A stretch of 37,069 nucleotides of DNA from Candidatus Limadaptatus stercorigallinarum (GTDB lineage: Bacteria > Bacillota > Clostridia > Christensenellales > CAG-917). Positions 28,409 through 36,748 of this stretch are shown here, piece by piece. The position numbers were made by a program, and so were the translations under genes. A model generated the notes under the pieces. That model saw nothing but the letters and a program-made list of their open reading frames with translations. It made no database searches and had not been told where the DNA came from. Where the stretch lies: contig DVMN01000029.1 in assembly GCA_018714975.1 (NCBI GenBank), positions 1 to 37,069 of the forward strand, in the 5' to 3' direction. Positions within the stretch are counted from its first letter, which is position 1, and the number at the start of each line of letters is the position of its first letter.

Positions 28409-28837
28409 GTGGATTACAAGCAATTCGAGAAGCAGAACGTGTTCGGGCTCGGCAGCGAGAACACGGCGTTTGCACAGTATTTCATCGGCAAATCTTATCT
28501 CAATCCCCTGACCGTCCCCAGGACGGGGAAACCTTTCTTTGCCAACGTGACGTTCGAGCCGGGATGCCGCAACAACTGGCACACCCATCACGCCTCCGAA
28601 GGCGGCGGGCAGATTTTGCTTTGCGTCGCGGGAGAGGGCTGGTATCAGGAATGGGGCAAAGCTCCGCGCTCCCTTTCGGCGGGCGACGTGGTCGAAATCC
28701 CGGCGGAAGTGAAACATTGGCACGGGGCGAAAAAGGACAGCTGGTTTTCGCATATCGCGGTGGAAGTCCCCGGCAAAGATACGCATAACGAATGGCAGGA
28801 AGCCGTCACCGACGAAGAGTACGGCAAACTCGACTGA
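28409..28837 (+). CDS. cupin domain protein
   Basis: VTFEPGCRNNWHTH, GQILL, KHWHGA; GGAGG SD with GTG start. Confidence 0.9.
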   Translation: MDYKQFEKQNVFGLGSENTAFAQYFIGKSYLNPLTVPRTGKPFFANVTFEPGCRNNWHTHHASEGGGQILLCVAGEGWYQEWGKAPRSLSAGDVVEIPAEVKHWHGAKKDSWFSHIAVEVPGKDTHNEWQEAVTDEEYGKLD

Positions 28838-28857
28838 CGGGACGTTTAGGAGGGAAA

Positions 28858-29436
28858 ATGACGCTTGAAGAATACAAAAAATTCGTTGCCGGAAGGAATT
28901 TCATCGCGCCGGGTTCGGAAGCGAGCGCCGTTATGCGGCCGTTTGCGAGGGAAGCGCAGATGATAACCGCCGAAATAAACAACTCTTACCACACCGCCGA
29001 GGAGCTCCGCGACCTTTTCTCACGGCTGACGGGAAGGGAAGTCGACGAGAGTTTCGCCCTCTTTCCACCGATATACACCGACTTCGGCAAGAACATCACG
29101 GTGGGCAAAAACGTGTTTATAAACTCGGGCTGCTGTTTTCAGGACCAGGGCGGAGTGGAAATAGGCGATGACTGCCTCATCGGGCATCAGGTCGTCTTTG
29201 CGACGCTCAATCACGCCCTCGACCCCGAACTGCGTGCGGGGATGTGTCCCGCGCCCATTAAGCTTGGGAAAAACGTCTGGGTGGGTTCTCACGCGACGTT
29301 GCTTGCGGGAGTGACCGTGGGCGACAACTCCGTCATCGCCGCGGGAGCGGTGGTGACGCGCGACGTGCCCGCAAACACCGTGGTAGGCGGAGTCCCCGCA
29401 AAGGTCATAAGGCACATCGAACACGACGGAGAGTAG
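28858..29436 (+). CDS. sugar O-acetyltransferase (hexapeptide repeat, Maa-like)
   Basis: DFGKNITVGKNVFIN, hexapeptide repeats, GVPAKVI. Confidence 0.9.
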   Translation: MTLEEYKKFVAGRNFIAPGSEASAVMRPFAREAQMITAEINNSYHTAEELRDLFSRLTGREVDESFALFPPIYTDFGKNITVGKNVFINSGCCFQDQGGVEIGDDCLIGHQVVFATLNHALDPELRAGMCPAPIKLGKNVWVGSHATLLAGVTVGDNSVIAAGAVVTRDVPANTVVGGVPAKVIRHIEHDGE

Positions 29437-29569
29437 GTTTTCCGCCGCTGCGGTGATTTTGCCGTTCGTCCGCCTGTGCTGCGGACGAATTTCTTTTTGC
29501 CGCTTTATTTTGCGGCGGTCGGGTTGCGCGCGGGCGGGCATTGTGATATACTGCTTTCACGGTGAATTT

Positions 29570-29914
29570 ATGCCCAAAGAAATGAATGCGAAGAATTTGT
29601 CGGTGTTTTCCGACGTCATAATGTCGCTGGCGTCCGACGCGGCGGCGGAGGTGGAGGGAGTGGAAGTGCTGCGCTCGCGCGACTCTTCCAAACGTGCCAT
29701 ACGCGGCGGCGGCGTTTCCGTCTATTTTCTGCCCAACGACAAGGTCGCCGTGGACGTTTTCGTCAATGTCAATTATCCCTGCCGCGTGCCCGAAGCGGTT
29801 GCAGCCGTTCAGCTGCGCGTCAAGGAAGAGATAGAAAATGCGACGCGCTTCCGCGTGCACAGCGTCAACGTGCAGGTGGTGAGCGTGCTTTTCCCCACTC
29901 AGACGGATATATGA
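29570..29914 (+). CDS. Asp23/Gls24 family protein (YqhY-like)
   Basis: AAAEVEGV, VDVFVNVNY, VQLRVKEEIE; directly upstream of nusB; promoter TTGCGC-17-TATACT at 29524-29552. Confidence 0.85.
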   Translation: MPKEMNAKNLSVFSDVIMSLASDAAAEVEGVEVLRSRDSSKRAIRGGGVSVYFLPNDKVAVDVFVNVNYPCRVPEAVAAVQLRVKEEIENATRFRVHSVNVQVVSVLFPTQTDI

Positions 29915-30315
29915 GAAGAGCAAGCAGAGAATACGTTTTCAAGTTGGTGTTCGAATACACCTTTTACGGTAAGGAAAATCCCGATACGCTGGAACTTTTC
30001 CTGACCGACGCCGACCTCGACGACGAGGACAAGGCTTTTATACGCGACTGTTACGACGGCGTGTCGGAGAACGCGGACGCGCTCAAAGCGGAGCTTGCGG
30101 GCAAGCTGGAACGCTACACCGTGGACAGGCTTTACCGTCCCGACCTCTGCGTCCTGCTCATCGCTCTTTACGAGTTGAAAAAGGGCGAAACGCCTGCGAA
30201 AGTCGTCGTCAACGAAGCGGTTTCCCTTGCCAAAAAGTACGGCACGGAAAAATCGGGCGCGTTCGTAAACGGCGTTCTGGCGAAGTTTGTCCGCGAGAAC
30301 GGGCAAAGCGCATAA
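29911..30315 (+). CDS. nusB: transcription antitermination factor NusB
   Basis: RRASRE, VVNEAVSLAKKYG...FVNGVL. Confidence 0.95.
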   Translation: MRRASREYVFKLVFEYTFYGKENPDTLELFLTDADLDDEDKAFIRDCYDGVSENADALKAELAGKLERYTVDRLYRPDLCVLLIALYELKKGETPAKVVVNEAVSLAKKYGTEKSGAFVNGVLAKFVRENGQSA

Positions 30316-30345
30316 TGCGCTGATTTCAAGGTTTATTGCGTTAAA

Positions 30346-31551
30346 ATGACAGCACAGAACCCGATTTCGGAAAAAGCAATCAGCGTCACGGAGCTCAATG
30401 CCACGCTCAAAGCGTGTCTGGACGCGCCTATTTTCCGCGGGCTGGAAGTGTTCGGGGAAGTGTCGGGTGCGCGTATGAGCGGCGCGCATCTTTATTTTAC
30501 GCTGAAAGACAGAGAGTCGCAGATACAGTGCACCTCTTTCAATGCGGCGCGCACTTATATCCCGAAGGACGGAGAGAGCGTCATCGTCCGCGGCAGCGTG
30601 GATTACTGGACGAAGGGCGGCAGGCTGTCCTTCGTCGCGTCCGCAATCACTCCCGCGGGGAAGGGGTTGCTCGCAATCGAGTTCGAAAGACTGCGCGCAA
30701 AACTTGCGGCGGAAGGGCTTTTCGACGAAAAACACAAAGTTCCCGTGCCGAAGTTTCCGAAGGACGTGCTCGTCGTGACGTCAAAAACGGGCGCGGTCAT
30801 CCGCGACATCGTCACCACCGTCCGCAGAAAGAACCCCGTCATCAACATCGCCGTGCGCGACGTCAGGGTGCAGGGCGAAGGGGCGGCGCACGAGATTGCG
30901 GGAGTGCTCCGCAGGGTGGACGCTCTCGGCTATGACGTGGTCATAATCGCAAGAGGCGGCGGGTCGCTGGAAGACCTTGCGCCGTTTTACGACGAGGAGC
31001 TCGTCAGGGCGATTTACGATATGAAGACCCCCGTCGTTTCCGCCGTCGGACACGAAACGGACTTTTCGCTTGCGGATTTTGTTGCGGACGTCCGCGCCGC
31101 GACTCCGACCGCCGCGGCGGAGCTGGTGGCTTACGACTATTACGCTCTTGCGGACACCGTGAAAAAGTATGCCGCCGATATGAGACGCGGAGTGCTTCGC
31201 AATTTCGAAAGGAAGAGTTCGCGCACAAGCATTGCGGGCGCGGCGCTCGGCAGGCGTATGGTTTCCTTCCACACCGCGCGGGAGAACAGGGTACGCGCGC
31301 TGTCCTCGCGGCTCAGGATGCTTGCGGAGAACAAGGTCGCGGCGGCGGAGGCAAAGCTCGGAAAACTCTCGGGTATGCTGGACGCTCTCAGCCCCCTCAA
31401 AGTGCTTTCCAGAGGATATTTCAACGTGCAGGCAGCGGGCAGGAGCGTGACGTCCGTCAGAAAGCTCGCCGTGGGCGACACCGTCACGGCACGCGGCGGG
31501 GACGGCAGTTTCGATGCGCAGGTCACCCGCATCGTACCCGACGAAAAATAA
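30346..31551 (+). CDS. xseA: exodeoxyribonuclease VII large subunit
   Basis: HLYFTLKD, ARGGGSLEDL, SAVGHETD, RAATPTAAAE, LSPLKVLSRGY. Confidence 0.96.
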   Translation: MTAQNPISEKAISVTELNATLKACLDAPIFRGLEVFGEVSGARMSGAHLYFTLKDRESQIQCTSFNAARTYIPKDGESVIVRGSVDYWTKGGRLSFVASAITPAGKGLLAIEFERLRAKLAAEGLFDEKHKVPVPKFPKDVLVVTSKTGAVIRDIVTTVRRKNPVINIAVRDVRVQGEGAAHEIAGVLRRVDALGYDVVIIARGGGSLEDLAPFYDEELVRAIYDMKTPVVSAVGHETDFSLADFVADVRAATPTAAAELVAYDYYALADTVKKYAADMRRGVLRNFERKSSRTSIAGAALGRRMVSFHTARENRVRALSSRLRMLAENKVAAAEAKLGKLSGMLDALSPLKVLSRGYFNVQAAGRSVTSVRKLAVGDTVTARGGDGSFDAQVTRIVPDEK

Positions 31552-31582
31552 GTGTTCCGCATCTCGTGCGGACGGAGGCTGT

Positions 31583-31810
31583 ATGGCTGATGAAAAAATG
31601 AACAAATTCGAAGACAATCTGGCACAGCTCGAAGCGCTTGTCAGAAAGCTGGAAAGCGACGTGCCGCTCGACGAGGCGATAGCGGCGTTTTCCAAGGGGA
31701 TAGAGCTCACCAAACTCTGCATTTCCGAACTCAAAGCGGAAAAGGGCAAGCTGGAACTCCTCGTCGGGGATTTGGACAAAATCACCGAGGAATTCACTTT
31801 GGAAAAATGA
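31583..31810 (+). CDS. xseB: exodeoxyribonuclease VII small subunit
   Basis: FEDNLAQLEALVRKLE...LDEAIAAFSKG; GGAGG SD. Confidence 0.92.
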   Translation: MADEKMNKFEDNLAQLEALVRKLESDVPLDEAIAAFSKGIELTKLCISELKAEKGKLELLVGDLDKITEEFTLEK

Positions 31811-32604
31811 ACGCTTCGGATTTCCGCGCGCTTTTCGAAAAGTGTTTCTCCACGCTGTTCGACGGCTCGGAGGAGTTTGACGACGCTATGCGCTACGCCT
31901 GTTTCAGCGGAGGAAAGCGCGTGCGCCCCGTCGGAGTATATCTCGGAGCGGCTTCGGTGTCCGCCGCGCCGCCTCTCGACGAGGTGCTGAGCCTCGCGGG
32001 CGCGATAGAGCTTGTGCACAGCTATTCGCTCGTGCACGACGACCTGCCCGCAATGGACAACGACGATTACCGCCGCGGACGTCTTACCGTGCACAAGAAG
32101 TTCGGCGAAGCCGCCGCAATACTCGTCGGCGACGCGTTGCTCAGCCGCGCCGCGCAGGTGCTGGCGTCGGGAGCGGTGCAATTCGGAAGAAAATATGCCG
32201 CCGCGGCGGCGGTGATGACCAAAGCCGCCGAAGATATGGTGAGAGGGCAGGTGTACGACCTTGCCGGAATGCGCACGGAAGAGGAATTCCGAAAAATGTA
32301 TGCGTTGAAGACGGGCGCGCTCATCAGAGCCGCTTTTGTCGCGGGCGCAACGGTCGCGGGCGCGGACGACAAGCAAATCCGCCTTGTCGCGGAGTATGCC
32401 GAGGCGCTCGGACTCGGATTTCAGATTGCGGACGACCTGCTCGACGAGGGCGAGGAAAATTCTCTCGTCGCCGTCATCGGCGCGGAGCGCGGACGCAAAC
32501 TCCTCGACGAGTGCACCGAAAGAGCGGTGAGGTGCGCGGGGGGTCTTCCTTTCGGCGAAGAGCTCGCGGCGTTTGCCGAGCAACTCCGCATACGCAAAAA
32601 TTGA
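31807..32604 (+). CDS. ispA: geranyltranstransferase / FPP synthase
   Basis: GGKRVRP, SLVHDDLPAMDNDDYRRG, KTGALI, FQIADDLLD. Confidence 0.93.
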   Translation: MNASDFRALFEKCFSTLFDGSEEFDDAMRYACFSGGKRVRPVGVYLGAASVSAAPPLDEVLSLAGAIELVHSYSLVHDDLPAMDNDDYRRGRLTVHKKFGEAAAILVGDALLSRAAQVLASGAVQFGRKYAAAAAVMTKAAEDMVRGQVYDLAGMRTEEEFRKMYALKTGALIRAAFVAGATVAGADDKQIRLVAEYAEALGLGFQIADDLLDEGEENSLVAVIGAERGRKLLDECTERAVRCAGGLPFGEELAAFAEQLRIRKN

Positions 32605-32632
32605 CCCGAACGGCTTTATTTTGAAAAATCGG

Positions 32633-32661
32633 TTGCCAAAACGGCGTCCTTTTGATATATT
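32633..32661 (+). promoter_or_regulatory. sigma-A promoter of the tRNA-Gly/tRNA-Cys unit
   Basis: TTGCCA-17 nt-TATATT with TG extension. Confidence 0.7.
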
Positions 32662-32671
32662 GATAAAGCGC

Positions 32672-32746
32672 GCGGGAGTGACTCAGTGGTAGAGTGTCAC
32701 CTTGCCAAGGTGAAAGTCGCGGGTCCGAATCCCGTCTCCCGCTCCA
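32672..32746 (+). tRNA. tRNA-Gly (anticodon GCC)
   Basis: GCGGGAG acceptor, CACC-TTGCCAA-GGTG anticodon arm, GCGGG-TCCGAAT-CCCGT T arm, CCA. Confidence 0.96.
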
Positions 32747-32934
32747 AAAAAGAAAGAAGGACTCATTCGCCGTTGCGAATTCCGCGGATTGTGGATTGCG
32801 GATTGTGACGGGATGAGGACCCGGGGTCCGGCAGGTTTCCTGCCGCCGCAAACGTCGAGCAGTATAAAACGGAGCGTAAGAAAGAGAAAGACGGAAAACT
32901 GCCTGTGCGGCTATCCCGTCTCCCGCTCCAAAAA
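32729..32934 (+). repeat. tRNA-Gly 3'-end duplication with a 184-bp period
   Basis: ATCCCGTCTCCCGCTCCAAAAA at 32729-32750 and 32913-32934; inverted GACGGGAT at 32807-32814. Confidence 0.88.
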
Positions 32935-32938
32935 GCAC

Positions 32939-33013
32939 GGCACCATAGCCAAGAGGTAAGGCAAGGGTCTGCAAAACCCTCATTCTCCGGTTCAAATCCG
33001 GATGGTGCCTCCA
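32939..33013 (+). tRNA. tRNA-Cys (anticodon GCA)
   Basis: GGCACCA acceptor, AGGGT-CTGCAAA-ACCCT anticodon arm, CCGGTTCAAATCCGG, CCA. Confidence 0.96.
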
Positions 33014-33017
33014 AACG

Positions 33018-33055
33018 AAAAGCGGTATCTTATGCGATACCGCTTTTGCTTTTTT
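33018..33055 (+). terminator. terminator of the tRNA unit
   Basis: AAAAGCGGTATC-ttatgc-GATACCGCTTTT followed by GCTTTTTT. Confidence 0.85.
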
Positions 33056-33228
33056 CGGCGTTCTGTCTTATGAAGTTTCGGTTTCCCGTGCGGTCGGTGC
33101 GTGATGCCGCAGCTGCCGACTTGTTTGCAATTCCGTTGACTTGCCGCCGTTTTGAGCAAGTCGCATTGAAAAACCCGACAGAGTTCATTATAATAAAACC
33201 GAAGTATGATGTTTCATTGCTTATAAAG

Positions 33229-33924
33229 ATGAGGTACTGCATTTCTGACATCCACGGAGAATACGATTTGTTTTGTCGGCTGATGGAATATGTGAAATTT
33301 TCCGACAGCGACGAGCTTTTCGTGCTCGGAGATATGACGGACAAGGGAAACGACACGGTCGCGCTTTGCAACCTTCTGCGCAACGTGCCGAACATACATT
33401 GCATACTCGGCAATCACGAGTGCGATTTCCTGAAAGCGTATCACGGGCTGATGAAAAATTCCGACGGCGATTTCGACGAAGTGTCGGACGCCTTGCGCCG
33501 CTATTTCCCGGGGGACGGCAAAGATATGAGCTTCGATATCGTGGATTGGCTGGACTCCCTGCCTCTTTATTTCGAGGAAGAGGACTTCATCGGCGTTCAC
33601 GCTTCCGTGGGGATGGATGAGAGCGGAGCGGTGCTGCCTTTTTCCGAAACGCCTTATGAGGAATTCGTATATTCGCGCGCGCTCAACGGCAAGGATGTGT
33701 TCCCGCGGGATGCGAAATGTATAGTTTTCGGGCATACGCCCGTGAGAAACATTTCGGGTGACGACAGATTTTTGTTTTATCCGCGCAGCGAAGAAGCCGC
33801 CTACAGCCGCGACATCCGCGATTACTGCAAAATTCATATCGACACGGGCGTCTACCTCGGCGGCATCCTCGGCTGCCTTTGCGTCGACGATTGCACCGCC
33901 TACTACCTGAAACGGAAACTTTAA
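33229..33924 (+). CDS. calcineurin-like metallophosphoesterase (PrpA/ApaH-like Ser/Thr phosphatase)
   Basis: SDIHG, LGDMTDKG, GNHE, VHA, FGHTP, IDTG; promoter TTGAAA-17-TATAAT at 33166-33194. Confidence 0.9.
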   Translation: MRYCISDIHGEYDLFCRLMEYVKFSDSDELFVLGDMTDKGNDTVALCNLLRNVPNIHCILGNHECDFLKAYHGLMKNSDGDFDEVSDALRRYFPGDGKDMSFDIVDWLDSLPLYFEEEDFIGVHASVGMDESGAVLPFSETPYEEFVYSRALNGKDVFPRDAKCIVFGHTPVRNISGDDRFLFYPRSEEAAYSRDIRDYCKIHIDTGVYLGGILGCLCVDDCTAYYLKRKL

Positions 33925-34010
33925 TCGCCCGCTGACTACGGTTAAACCATCCCGATTCCGTTGCCGATACGTTCTGCACCGCGACGGAATCGTCAGCCGG
34001 CATTTCCGAG

Positions 34011-34299
34011 CTCGCGTCAGCAAAAGGTGAGAGGGACACCTCGGAAAAGAAAAACTCCTCAACAAGAGGAGTTTTTTGGTGCCGGTGGTGGGACTCGTAA
34101 GGAGCGGAGGCGCGACGGAACAGCGAGGATGAGAGGCGGGAATAAACGGGTGCAGGACGATAGGGAGGGAAGACAACAGCGGCAATTTACGGAAAAACGG
34201 GTGTGGAGAAAGCCGTTTGCCGAACAACTCGCGTCAGCGAAAGGTGAGAGGGACACCTCGGAAAAGAAAAACTCCTCAATAAGAGGAGTTTTTTGGTGC
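34011..34299 (-). repeat. 72-bp direct repeat (terminator plus GCACCA) with a 217-bp period, including an orphan tRNA-Leu-like 3' end
   Basis: 34011-34082 vs 34228-34299 with 2 mismatches; minus strand CGAGTCCCACCACCGGCACCA at 34077-34097; AAAAACTCCTC-n-GAGGAGTTTTT hairpin in each copy. Confidence 0.9.
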
Positions 34300-34587
34300 A
34301 GAGTGCCGGAATTTGTACGAACACAGAGGGAAAGAAGAAGCAGATCGGGAAGCCTCCCCGACCTGCTTTTCCAATTGCTCGACATAGGATTTGCAGAATC
34401 TGTCCGTCGTAGCATACTCTTGAAAGTTGTAAGTGATGACGATGTGGTCGCCGTACCAGAGGATGTCGCGGATAAAGGTGTTGACGAGCAGTTTGCGTAT
34501 TTTGATATCGTCCGGGTCTTCAAAGACTTTGGAGAGCAGATGCTTTTCCACGTCTTCCACGGTAACACGCATATAGGCTTTCTGCGT
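34276..34587 (-). pseudogene. C-terminal remnant of a large serine recombinase, reading across the att junction
   Basis: TVEDVEKHLL...RKLLVNTFIRDILWYGDHIVITYNF...CSY...SAP resembles clostridial LSR C-termini; in-frame TAG just upstream and no catalytic domain. Confidence 0.65.
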
Positions 34588-34661
34588 CTATTCGTATATA
34601 AGTAAAATATATGTTCAATCGCTATATTAAAAAACATATAATTTTGTTTTCTGTTGAACAG

Positions 34662-35798
34662 CTAAATGTCGGCAATATTAATTCCTTTTGTTCTCAATAT
34701 ATCTTCGATTGTATTATGATATTTGTCCGTTGAATAGTTTTTTGAACATTTCTCATGCTTAGTCTTTTCTTTAACGATAGGAATATGGGCTTTCCTTATT
34801 TTATCTTCGGTAACATTGAGCAATTTGTACAAATCTTTAAAAGTTAATATTTCCATTTCATCTCCGGCTTTAAATTTTTCCAAGGCCGTTACGAGCCTCG
34901 AATGCGGCTCCGGCAGGGTAGAAAGCTCTGCATCGGTTGCTATGTACAAATCATTGTCTGTGACCTTTGTATTATAGGAACAGCCATGATTTTTCATTAA
35001 ATACATCAAAATTAAAGCTTTTTTTGTTTCTTCTATCTCAAATTTTTTGCTAAAACAATATTTTTTGCCGTTTAATCTGCTTTTTATAATTTCACCTTCC
35101 AGACAAATGTTTTCATTAAACTTTTTTATACATTCTTTTTTCTTTCCAATACTTAAAGACTCAGAATCGTGCTCTATGGCTAAAAGCATTTCGTCCAAAC
35201 TCTCTCCAGTATAACGAATCTCGTTATCTCTACTGCTACCACAAGCATTAGGACAAAGATTCATTAATTGTGCAAGGTCGATTTCTAATAGTTGACATAT
35301 AACTTGAACTAATCTCAGAGAAAGCAAAGCGTCATCATCACTTTTATGCAATCTGCCTGATTTTTCAAGTAACATTTTGTCTCCTGCATTCTCAAGGGAA
35401 ATTTGTTCCGTTAGATTGGCATATTCACTATAAACTTTCTGAGAATCAAAAAACCGAAAATTTATAGGAGCAAGATTGTACCGCTCACACGCGGTTCGCA
35501 AAAAAACGGCATCATTTTTGACCGCATGTCCCACAACAATTTGATCGGGATGCTCCAGCATGTTTTTGATTTCGTCATAATATGTCGTAAACCTCGGACT
35601 TTTATAATATTGTTCTTCTGAAAAAAACAAATGCAAATCCCGACCATCCGGTCTTCCAGTTAGGTTAAATCGGCGATCCGGATCTATCGTTATAACACTT
35701 TTGTTAATCACATTAAATTTCTCGTCGGTGATTACATAGCCGAATTCGCAGATATGCTTACCATCGCAGCACTCTATATCAAACGCCAAATATCTCAT
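34662..35798 (-). CDS. DEDDh 3'-5' exonuclease with a probable C-terminal BRCT-like domain
   Basis: FDIE (ExoI), GHAVKND (ExoII), HKSDDDA (ExoIII); LNGKKYCFS...HGCSYNTKV is BRCT-like; AAGGAG SD before MRYLAF. Confidence 0.8.
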   Translation of the reverse strand: MRYLAFDIECCDGKHICEFGYVITDEKFNVINKSVITIDPDRRFNLTGRPDGRDLHLFFSEEQYYKSPRFTTYYDEIKNMLEHPDQIVVGHAVKNDAVFLRTACERYNLAPINFRFFDSQKVYSEYANLTEQISLENAGDKMLLEKSGRLHKSDDDALLSLRLVQVICQLLEIDLAQLMNLCPNACGSSRDNEIRYTGESLDEMLLAIEHDSESLSIGKKKECIKKFNENICLEGEIIKSRLNGKKYCFSKKFEIEETKKALILMYLMKNHGCSYNTKVTDNDLYIATDAELSTLPEPHSRLVTALEKFKAGDEMEILTFKDLYKLLNVTEDKIRKAHIPIVKEKTKHEKCSKNYSTDKYHNTIEDILRTKGINIADI

Positions 35799-35919
35799 CC
35801 GTATCTCCTTCTGCGTAAGACAATAACTTAATTCTCCATCATGCAAACGGAGTAGTATGTTTATCTCGGTATGTTTTTTAGATGAAGCAACATATAAACT
35901 TTTTCTGTGGGCTATTGTT

Positions 35920-36387
35920 TCATTGCATTTTCCCATTGTCGTTCATCGCTTTCGCAAGAATAGAGTTGAACTCCTCCTCGGTTTTGGCGTCACACAAAGC
36001 GATGAGCATCTTATTATATTGATCCAAGGTTATGGTATTGCTGTCTATAAAACGCAGCAATCTTTTTTTGAAGCGCATTCGTTTGCTATAATCTACAAGC
36101 GCCGTATAATACATTTCTTTGTCTTCCTCCATTTGCTTTTGGACTTTTGATAATTCTCTGAAGGAACAATCACCATAGCGATTGAAAATGTATTCTCTCT
36201 TGATGTCATCAAATATCTCTTTTTCTTTGCGTTCTATTCTCTCATCAACGGATATTTCGCGCAGTTCCGTGACCTTCCAAGTTTCATCCAGTTCGGCAAG
36301 CACCGCCTCTTTGGACTCGGCATTGATCACCCATTCAAATGACCCTTCAAATTCGTCATTGCACAATCCTTTAACCAAATAATACAT
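35920..36387 (-). CDS. hypothetical protein (155 aa)
   Basis: AAGGAGG SD, AT-rich ORF co-oriented with its neighbours; no family recognised. Confidence 0.75.
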   Translation of the reverse strand: MYYLVKGLCNDEFEGSFEWVINAESKEAVLAELDETWKVTELREISVDERIERKEKEIFDDIKREYIFNRYGDCSFRELSKVQKQMEEDKEMYYTALVDYSKRMRFKKRLLRFIDSNTITLDQYNKMLIALCDAKTEEEFNSILAKAMNDNGKMQ

Positions 36388-36417
36388 AATAATTTGATCC
36401 TCCTTGTTTCTTATATT

Positions 36418-36642
36418 TTATTGATGTCTTAATAGGTCGATAATATCTGCCGATAAGAAATCGGCAAGTTGCTCTAATGTGTCAATGTCTTTGACGCCCT
36501 GATTCAACCGCCTGCTTAGTGTTCTCGTTTCGGTTCCGAATGCATAAGCAAATTCTTCTTGTGTTCGGTACTTTGTTTCTTTTATAAGGCATTTTAGGTT
36601 TTCACCGGCAATCTTACTTAAAGGCTTATGTGCATTTTCCAT
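36418..36642 (-). CDS. small XRE-family HTH regulator (74 aa)
   Basis: GENLKCLIK...TQEEFAYAFGTETRTLSR...IDTLEQLADFL; AAGGAGG SD. Confidence 0.82.
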   Translation of the reverse strand: MENAHKPLSKIAGENLKCLIKETKYRTQEEFAYAFGTETRTLSRRLNQGVKDIDTLEQLADFLSADIIDLLRHQ

Positions 36643-36667
36643 TTGCTCCTCCTTTATTTGTAGCTCA

Positions 36668-36712
36668 ATTATACGAAACAAATTCGCTGTTGTATACGAC
36701 AAATTTTGTCGT
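36668..36712 (-). promoter_or_regulatory. promoter of the XRE operon with an adjacent palindromic operator
   Basis: TATAAT (36668-36673), weak -35 TATACA 17 nt upstream, palindrome ACGACAAAtTTTGTCGT (36696-36712) abutting the -35. Confidence 0.55.
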
Positions 36713-36748
36713 GTTCCATTAGGCTTTTAAAGGATAATAAGTTCTTGA

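Noticed and set aside
34077-34160. Complete tRNA or tmRNA at the orphan CCA end
   Set aside because: Only 21 nt match a tRNA 3' end; no D arm, anticodon arm or 5' acceptor strand upstream.
34011-34299. Direct repeats as a CRISPR array
   Set aside because: Only two 72-bp copies 217 bp apart, terminator-like, with no cas genes.
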